5,627 nt of DNA from Fonticula alba ATCC 38817 (lineage: Eukaryota; Protista; Nucleariida), in the NCBI GenBank assembly GCA_000388065.2, contig KB932203.1. One strand, written 5' to 3'. Positions 1 to 5,592 of this stretch are shown piece by piece. The position numbers and the translations under genes are program-made. Every line of letters starts with the position of its first letter. Within the stretch, counting starts at the first letter, position 1. A model generated the notes under the pieces. That model ran no database searches, was not told where the DNA came from, and was given only the letters and a program-made list of their open reading frames with translations.

Positions 1-31
1 CCCTGACCCCCGCCCCACCGCATCCCCACAG
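1..31 (+). other. 3' end of a spliceosomal intron of the PRL gene (branch point plus acceptor)
   Basis: CTGAC branch-point consensus at 3-7, C-rich tract, CAG acceptor at 29-31, directly followed by in-frame GAC ATG CCC TTC (D-M-P-F), which aligns with the PRL 'DWPFDDG' loop. Confidence 0.8.
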
Positions 32-367
32 GACATGCCCTTCCCCGATGGCGACCCCCCGCCGCGCAACGTCCTCGCCGACTTCCGCTCCATCTACGAG
101 GGGCAGCTCCACTCGCTGGAGAAGGCCAAGAACGCCGGCACCCCGGCCGACCAGATGCCCTCGGTGGAGCCGATCGCCGTGCACTGCGTGGCCGGGCTCG
201 GCCGGGCCCCGGTCCTCGTGGCCACCGCCCTCGTGGACCAGGGGTTCGACCCGCTCGAGGCGGTGGAGTTCATCCGCACCCGCCGCCGCGGCGCCTTCAA
301 CAGCCGGCAGATCGAGTTCGTCGAGCAGTACGCCAAGAACCGCAAGCGCGGCTGCCTGGTCATGTAG
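32..367 (+). CDS. PTP4A: PRL/PTP4A-family prenylated protein tyrosine phosphatase, terminal coding exon (5' exons lie outside the window; ATG 35 is internal)
   Basis: Translation DMPFPDGDPPP...IAVHCVAGLGRAPVLVATALVDQGFDPLEAVEFIRTRRRGAFNSRQIEFVEQY..KNRKRGCLVM*. It contains the PRL-specific P-loop HCVAGLGRA (182-208), the 'IR.RRGAFN..Q' helix motif, and a polybasic patch plus CaaX (CLVM, 353-364) before TAG 365-367. Third codon positions are strongly G/C. Confidence 0.93.
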   Translation, partial: DMPFPDGDPPPRNVLADFRSIYEGQLHSLEKAKNAGTPADQMPSVEPIAVHCVAGLGRAPVLVATALVDQGFDPLEAVEFIRTRRRGAFNSRQIEFVEQYAKNRKRGCLVM

Positions 368-1450
368 ATCGTGGCGCCGGCGGCGCCGGCCCCGGTGGTG
401 GCCCCGGCGGCCCTGGCCCCGGCACTCGGCCCCCGTGCTGGCGGTGGTCCCCCCTCCTCCCCCCCCTTCCGCCGCACGCCGAGTGCCCGCCCGCGGCCGC
501 CGCCCCCCCACCGCTGCCGCCGCCCTCCACAAGGCGCCACCTCCCTGCTCCCGCTCCTCGCCCTCCCCCGCTGCCGCGGCCGCCGCTGCCTCCCCTGCCT
601 GGCCCCGGCCCCGGCCTCCGGCCGCCATGGCCCAATGGCCGCCGCCACTGCCGGCGCTCCGGCCCTCCCCCCTCCCCGGGCCAAACGCCACCCCCGCTTG
701 GCCGCCATCGCCGCCGGCCGCACGGTGCCCCCCCTGCACCTGCTCCTGGCGGCCGCATGCTGTCCTGCCCCTACCACCACCACCGCCACCACCACCCTGC
801 TCGGGACACTGCTCGCCCTGCTCTCGGCCGTCACCCCGGCCCCGGCCACCGCCGCGGGCCCGGACCGCTCCTCCCGGCGCCTGCCCCCGGCCCCGAGCAC
901 GACCCCCGGACCCTCCTCCTCCTCCCTTCCCCCCCGACCGGCGGCAGCAGCCCTGCTTCGCCGGCGCTTTGCCACGTTCGCCGCGCTTGCCGCCAGTGCC
1001 CCGCCCCCCGGCCGCCGGGGGGCTGGCTGTGCTCCCGGCCCGGGCGCTTCCGGCCCCGGCTGCGCGGCCGCCCTCGGCTCCGTCCCACCCGCCACCCCGG
1101 CCGCCGCCATCCCCCTCGTCGAGATGGACGAAGAGGATGCCGGCCTCGACGGCGGTGGTGGCATCCCACCTTGGCGAGGCCCGGCCCGCCGTTGTTCCTC
1201 CCCCTCGCGCCTGCTGCCGCCCTCCTCCTCCTCCTCCCATGCGACTGCCGCGCTCGCTGCTGCCTTTGCCCGCCCCCCGGGCATGGGCCAGCGCTCGCGC
1301 CGCCGCCCTGTCCTTGCCCCCTCTTCCCCCCTTCCACCCCCCCCCAGTCACATCGGTGCCACCACCACTGCCTCGGGTTGGCCGGCTACCGCCGCCATCC
1401 CCTCCGCGCGCCGGCCGCCGCTCCTTCCCACCCCTCTCTTGGATCCCAGA
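368..1450 (+). other. C-rich low-complexity tract (GCC/CCG/ACC/TCC runs); most likely the long PRL 3'UTR, coding status unresolved
   Basis: Very C-rich, A-poor + strand with short triplet runs (ACC near 773-796, TCC at 911-922 and 1223-1237). Long ORFs occur in several frames, and I recognise no domain in any of them. Confidence 0.4.
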
Positions 1451-1591
1451 CGCGTGGCACACCTCCGCCGGCTCCGGATATGTGCCCGCTCGCGGCGGCT
1501 CATCTCCCACCACACGTGCACGCCCTCTCCCTGCTCGCGCCGCCCCCTCCACAGGGAGAGGCAATGCGAGAGAGGGCTCGCACGGAAATGG

Positions 1592-1660
1592 ATTAAAAAA
1601 TACAAAAAAACAGAAAATGACAACACCTGTCCGCGTCTCCTCGCCCGTGTGTTTTTTTTT
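1592..1660 (+). terminator. Putative polyadenylation/3'-end formation signal for the PRL transcript
   Basis: ATTAAA at 1592-1597 in an A-rich patch, CA dinucleotides 15-25 nt downstream, then a GT/T-rich element GTGTGTTTTTTTTT at 1647-1660. This matches the hexamer/cleavage/GU-rich layout known from animals; its use in this lineage is not established. Confidence 0.35.
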
Positions 1661-1674
1661 CGCGTCAGATGCAT

Positions 1675-1715
1675 CGCGCGTGCATGTGCGCACGCGCACA
1701 CACACACACACATGC
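1675..1715. repeat. 41-bp perfectly alternating pyrimidine-purine tract including (CA)8; Z-DNA-prone
   Basis: CGCGCGTGCATGTGCGCACGCGCACACACACACACACATGC; the (CA)8 is at 1697-1712. Confidence 0.85.
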
Positions 1716-1728
1716 CCATGGGCATGTG
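1709..1728. repeat. Perfect 20-bp palindrome
   Basis: CACATGCCCA|TGGGCATGTG is its own reverse complement. Confidence 0.95.
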
Positions 1729-1863
1729 CGGACGGCCCCGTTGCTGGCGCGATGTGCCCCTCCCCCCTCTCCCCCTCTTTCCCTCCCCCTGGGAACATCC
1801 GCACATACACTCGCGCCAGGGGGGGAGGACACAGGCCCGCCGCCTCGCCAGCAGCCCCGGCGC

Positions 1864-2298
1864 TCATCGCCATCCTCCAAAGCCCGGCAGAAGAAGACTG
1901 TGCGCCACTCCCCGGACAACGAGGAACCAGCACAGAAGCCCGGTGGCGATGCCAGGAGCGTGCAACCAGGGCCAGACGCAGGATCCGGGCTCCGCGCAGG
2001 CATGCTTCGCGGGTGGAGGCACGGCAGTGGCAATAGCAGTGGCAATAGCAGTGGCAATAGCAGTGTGGCAGAGTGGCGGCAGAGTCGGGCAAGGGAGGGA
2101 GACGTCCCCCACGCGGCGCTCTCCGCCTCGGAGGTGCAGCATGTCGCCGGCCGCGCTCACCGCGTGCAACACCCAGGGCAAAGGGCGGCCAAGGAAGGTC
2201 CCCGGCGCCTTCATGGGAATGGAGTTGGCAGCACCCCATCGTCCACTGTCGAGCGAGGGCCCAACGAACGCCCCAGCGTAGGAGAGCGGCGCGGGATC
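1864..2298 (-). CDS. Weak candidate orphan exon/short ORF (strand and frame unresolved)
   Basis: Stop-to-stop frame reading DPAPLSYAGAFVGPSLDSGRWGAANSIPMKAPGTFLGRPLPWVLHAVSAAGDMLHLRGG... with G/C-ending codons over 2298-2110 and a consensus donor G|GTGAGC at 2160. No recognisable homology. Confidence 0.2.
   Translation of the reverse strand, partial: DPAPLSYAGAFVGPSLDSGRWGAANSIPMKAPGTFLGRPLPWVLHAVSAAGDMLHLRGGERRVGDVSLPCPTLPPLCHTAIATAIATAIATAVPPPAKHACAEPGSCVWPWLHAPGIATGLLCWFLVVRGVAHSLLLPGFGGWR
2024..2065. repeat. Tandem repeat, 12-bp unit GCAGTGGCAATA x3.5
   Basis: Exact copies start at 2024, 2036 and 2048; a partial GCAGTG lies at 2060-2065. Confidence 0.95.
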
Positions 2299-2299
2299 T

Positions 2300-2530
2300 C
2301 AAATATGTTCCATATGTCGGGGTGGATATAAATCGGCCAAATGCAACTCCCCATGCCCAATCACACGGCGGGTCTAAAGTGCTGAGCACTGGCCATCCCC
2401 GTTGGCCGGTGTTAATATTCCGAATAGCGCCGGCCCCTCCTCTGGCCCGGGTTCTGGTGGAGCACATCGCGAAAAGGCCTCGCATTAGCCCGTTAGCACA
2501 CACCCTGCCACGATCAACATGCCAATGCTC
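2300..2530. promoter_or_regulatory. Lower-GC promoter-like island
   Basis: Visibly more A/T than its flanks. TATAAAT 2327-2333, CCAATCA 2357-2363, CCAAT 2522-2526, palindrome AGTGCT-G-AGCACT 2378-2390, and TTTTCGCG (E2F-like) on - at 2475-2468. Short motifs only; there are no expression data. Confidence 0.3.
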
Positions 2531-2902
2531 CACACAGAGCTGGTCCGTGTGGGCCATAATCCGGCGGCTTTCCCGGCCCCCGCCCGCCGTCCGGGGGAGA
2601 GCCGCCGATCCGCAAGGGCAGCCGGCTGCTGTTCTGCTTTGCCCCGCTCTATCCCGCCGGCCGGCCGAATCCTCCCTCCCCCCCCCTCCCATCGTCCTAC
2701 GAAGCGCCTCACCGCCATTTTATCGTGCCCCCAGGAGGGGCCACCCCTGCGCCCCCAGGCCAGGGAATGTGGAACACCTTTCGGCCGCGAGGCAGCCAAT
2801 CCGCCACCCCCTCGCAGAACGCCAGGCTTGACCGCCCACCTCCCCGGGGGGGCTTCCTGCCAGCCCTGCCCCAGCCTGAGGGGGGCAGGTCGGTGGATTC
2901 GG

Positions 2903-2930
2903 AAAAAAAACAAAACAAAAAAAAACAACA
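2903..2930 (-). terminator. U-rich tract in the MCM7 3' region, possible 3'-end element
   Basis: + strand A8-C-A4-C-A9-CAACA reads as a TG/T-rich tract on the MCM7 sense strand, about 200 nt past the stop codon. I saw no AATAAA upstream of it. Confidence 0.3.
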
Positions 2931-3122
2931 CACGCTCAAAGAGCACGCATTTACCCGCCGACCAGCAGGGACACATAGGGAGAGAGTGTGTGTGTATTTG
3001 TGGGAGGAGGTGCACAGATCCATCGGGAGAAGAAAGAAGGAGGACGCGGGGGCGGGTTAGGAAGAGGACAGGGAGGGCCGCGCATCTGTGTGCATGCGCC
3101 CCCGCGCCGCCTTCCCCCGTGT

Positions 3123-3264
3123 CTACTCTGGCCCGATGAACGTGAGCCCGGTGCGAGCCGAGTCCAAGATCCAAATCCCGTTGTCTTCGTAGATGCGCAG
3201 GCACTCGTCGAAGTTGTCGGCCGTATACCCACGGCTGAGGGCGATGTCGCGAGCTTGCTGCACG
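3123..3264 (-). CDS. MCM7: MCM7 terminal coding exon (winged-helix C-terminus)
   Basis: Acceptor CGCAG|C GTG CAG; the join GA+C gives Asp; reads [46 protein letters not shown], with TAG at 3125-3123. Confidence 0.88.
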
Positions 3265-4131
3265 CTGCGAGAGGGCGGATGAGGGAAGGTGGTGGCGGTG
3301 ATGAGGGCGAAGGGGAGCAGGGAGCGCACACGCGAGGCCGCCACGCAGATCGCGCAGGTTAGTTCTCCGCAAGGGCGGCAATGAGGAAACCCCCCCAACA
3401 GGAAGAGGCAGATACCCGCCACACCCCCGACACACCGGGTCCGTCTTGGTCGGCCCTTGTCCGGTGGACGGGAAAGGGGGGGGGCCACACAGGCCGGGGG
3501 ACCGGGGCCGGGGCCAGTCTCCCCCTTTTGCTGTCCCCCTTTTCTTGGGGCCCGGCGTCCGCCCCCCCCCTCCCCTCCCAGCCCCCTGTGCCATACGCAC
3601 TCGCAGTGGAGATCCGGGTGTTCGATGGCCACATCCTTGATGATCTCGTAGATGGCCGTGAGAGAGTCCCGCCCGGCCGAGGCGCCGCCCTCCTGGCCGC
3701 CGCGCATCCGCGTGAAGAGCGACTCCTTGGACGAGTGCATCAGCCGGATGGCCTCGTCGACGTCGCCCTGGCCGATGACCGGCGAAAAGCGCATGCGCGC
3801 CAGTGCCTGCGACAGGCGCAAAATGCCCAGCAGCGTACGCGGCGTGGTGTACGTCATGTCCAGGTTGTCCTCGTCGGCTGTCCGGCGCGGGGCATCCCCA
3901 AATCCGGAGTCGCCACCGCCACCGCGCTTGTTGGCCTCGCGACCGCGCAAGCCCACATACGCTGAGCGAGGGGCACCACAGGCGCACCGAGAGACGGCGA
4001 AGCGATCCGAAGCCCGGGTTAGCGCAAGACTCCCATATCACACCCAACCACACACCCACACGCAGGACGCCAGGAGGGAGAGCGGAAAAAAAAGGGAACA
4101 AAAAAGCAAAGCGGCGCCCCTGCCGCCCGCG

Positions 4132-4177
<46 letters not shown>

Positions 4178-5152
4178 TGCCCCTTTGGCCCAATACGCGA
4201 ACGCACCGCGGACAATGTAATCAATCAGACTGCGCGACTCGATGGTGTCCGGCACCACCGGCTCCACCAGGCGCGCCTGGGCCACATACGCGCGCAGGAT
4301 GTCCGCCGTGACCGGGATGAAGTCCAGCTCCGGGTGCCGGGAAGTGGCGTGCACGGTGGTGATGTGCTGTGCCAGGCGCATGTCCGCATCGGCATTCGGC
4401 ACATCCAGCAGCAGGAACATCAGGTCGAAGCGCGACAGCAGGGCCGCCGGCAGGTTGATGTTCTGCAGCATGGACAGCCGGTCATTGTACCGGCCGTGCA
4501 CCGGGTTGGCCGCCGCCAGGATGGCCGTTCGCGCATTGAGGCTGGTGTTGATGCCGGCCTTGGAGATGGACACCGACTGCTGCTCCATCACCTCGTGGAT
4601 GGCCGTCCGGTCGGAGTCATCCATCTTGTCGAACTCATCGATGCAGCAAATCCCATTGTCCGCCAGGACCAGGGCCCCGCCTTCGAGGATCATTTCCCCG
4701 GTCAGTTGGTCCCGGACCACGGCCGCCGTCAAGCCCACTCCGGAGGAACCCTTGCCGGTGGTGTACACTCCGCGCGGGGCCACCACCGAGATGTACTTCA
4801 GCAGCTGGGACTTGGCCACACCCGGGTCGCCGACCAGGCACACGTTGATGTCCCCGCGAATGCGGATCCCATCATGCAACTGCCGGGTCACACCGCCGAC
4901 CAGCATCAGCAGCAGGGCCTTCTTGACATTCTCCATGCCGTAGATCTCCGGCGCGATGGACCGCGCCAGGCGCGAGTAGATCTGCCCATCCTGCCGCAGG
5001 GTGTCCACCTGGTCCAGCAGCTCCGGCGTCATCAGGTACTCGTCGTAGTTCTTCTTCACCCGCTCCAGGAACTGCGCATGTAGGTACGTGTCGCTGACCA
5101 GGCCCGCGCGGAATTGCCGCGGGCTGCTGGTGAAGGGCACCGGCAGGAAGAT
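3123..5152 (-). CDS. MCM7: DNA replication licensing factor MCM7, 3' part: complement(join(3123..3264,3601..3961,4207..5152)); N-terminal exons lie beyond the window
   Basis: 946+361+142 = 1449 nt, i.e. 482 aa plus TAG, in frame. Walker A GDPGVAKS (4831-4808), Walker B IDEFDKM (4642-4622), arginine finger SRFD (4435-4424). MCM7-type segments [41 protein letters not shown] and the C-terminal SRGYT..NF..C..YE..GIW. Both complete introns are GT-AG. Confidence 0.95.
3265..3600 (-). other. MCM7 intron, 336 nt, phase 2
   Basis: GTGCGT...AACTAAC (3364-3358)...CTCTCGCAG. Its translation has no MCM7 similarity, and removing it restores the expected C-terminal spacing. Confidence 0.85.
3601..3961 (-). 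CDS. MCM7: MCM7 penultimate coding exon (AAA+ lid helices to the start of the winged-helix domain)
   Basis: Acceptor CTCAG|CG TAT GTG; the join G+CG gives LIDYIVRAYVGLR, comparable to the MCM7 'LADYITAAYVEMR' segment; donor TGC GA|GTGCGT at 3600. Confidence 0.9.
3962..4206 (-). other. MCM7 intron, 245 nt, phase 1
   Basis: GTGCGT...G46...U-rich patch...GCTAAC (4023-4018)...CGCTCAG. Removing it corrects the frame shift between the two MCM7 ORFs in the track. Confidence 0.9.
4132..4177. repeat. C46 homopolymer (G46 on the MCM7 pre-mRNA)
   Basis: 46 consecutive C by hand count; the exact length may be affected by sequencing error. Confidence 0.9.
4207..5152 (-). CDS. MCM7: MCM7 exon encoding the end of the OB-fold and the AAA+ domain
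   Basis: Acceptor CAG|ATC TTC CTG at 5155-5153; donor CGC G|GTGCGT at 4206; reads IFLPVPF...SLIDYIVR. Confidence 0.93.
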
Positions 5153-5222
5153 CTGCCGCGGGGGTCATGCCAAGCCGCGAGGAGTCGCCGGGCACCCGAG
5201 CAAGGGACAGCCGCGAGGAGCC

Positions 5223-5261
5223 GGGGGGGCGGGGGGGGGGGGGGGGGGGAAAGAGGGGGGG
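5223..5261. repeat. G-run cluster G7-C-G19-AAAGA-G7 (C-rich pyrimidine tract on the MCM7 pre-mRNA)
   Basis: Seen directly in the sequence. Confidence 0.9.
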
Positions 5262-5361
5262 ATCGAGTCAGCGAAGCGAGACAGGCAGGACCAAAAAAAG
5301 AAGGAGGCCCATGAAAGAAGGAGGCGCGCTTAGAACCCCACACATGGTCGTGAAGAGGGCA

Positions 5362-5381
5362 CAGCAACAGCAGCAACAGCA

Positions 5382-5452
<71 letters not shown>

Positions 5453-5460
5453 AGCAGCAG

Positions 5461-5537
<77 letters not shown>

Positions 5538-5592
5538 GCAGCAGCAGCAACAGCAGCAACAGCAGCAGCAACAGCAGCAACAGCAGCAGCAA

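Noticed and set aside
35-37. ATG 35 as the PRL start codon
   Set aside because: The N-terminal part of the PRL fold is missing, and a branch point and acceptor lie directly upstream, so this Met is internal.
94-1284. 396-aa minus ORF overlapping PRL
   Set aside because: It shares third-codon positions with the PRL frame and has the S/T/R/A-rich composition typical of a shadow frame.
1708-1729. Resemblance of the palindrome to two p53-type RRRCWWGYYY half-sites
   Set aside because: Each half has a mismatch, the CATG core is common, and there is no evidence that this organism has a p53-family protein.
48-2036. 662-aa + ORF and the other long Pro/Arg/Ala-rich ORFs at 757-1596, 831-1337 and 360-758
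   Set aside because: They are off-frame shadows of PRL and of C-rich, A-poor sequence where stops are rare; no domain is recognisable.
94-2373. One minus frame interrupted only by TGA (2301, 1866, 1350), suggesting UGA reassignment or selenocysteine
   Set aside because: TGA is the commonest chance stop in GC-rich DNA. The 482 MCM7 codons and 111 PRL codons contain no in-frame TGA, Trp is TGG, and no SECIS was recognised.
2485-4224. 579-aa minus ORF
   Set aside because: It is an alternative frame across MCM7 introns, exons and 3'UTR; the poly-Gly comes from the G46 run and there is no homology.
3803-5083. + strand ORFs 3803-5083, 4242-4943, 3381-3965 and 3652-4311
   Set aside because: They are antisense shadows of GC3-rich MCM7 exons.
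5173-5220. 12-bp direct repeat AGCCGCGAGGAG (5173-5184, 5209-5220) as a possible target-site duplication or CRISPR-like unit
   Set aside because: There are only two copies, 24 nt apart, with no terminal inverted repeats, transposase or array; the context is eukaryotic intron.
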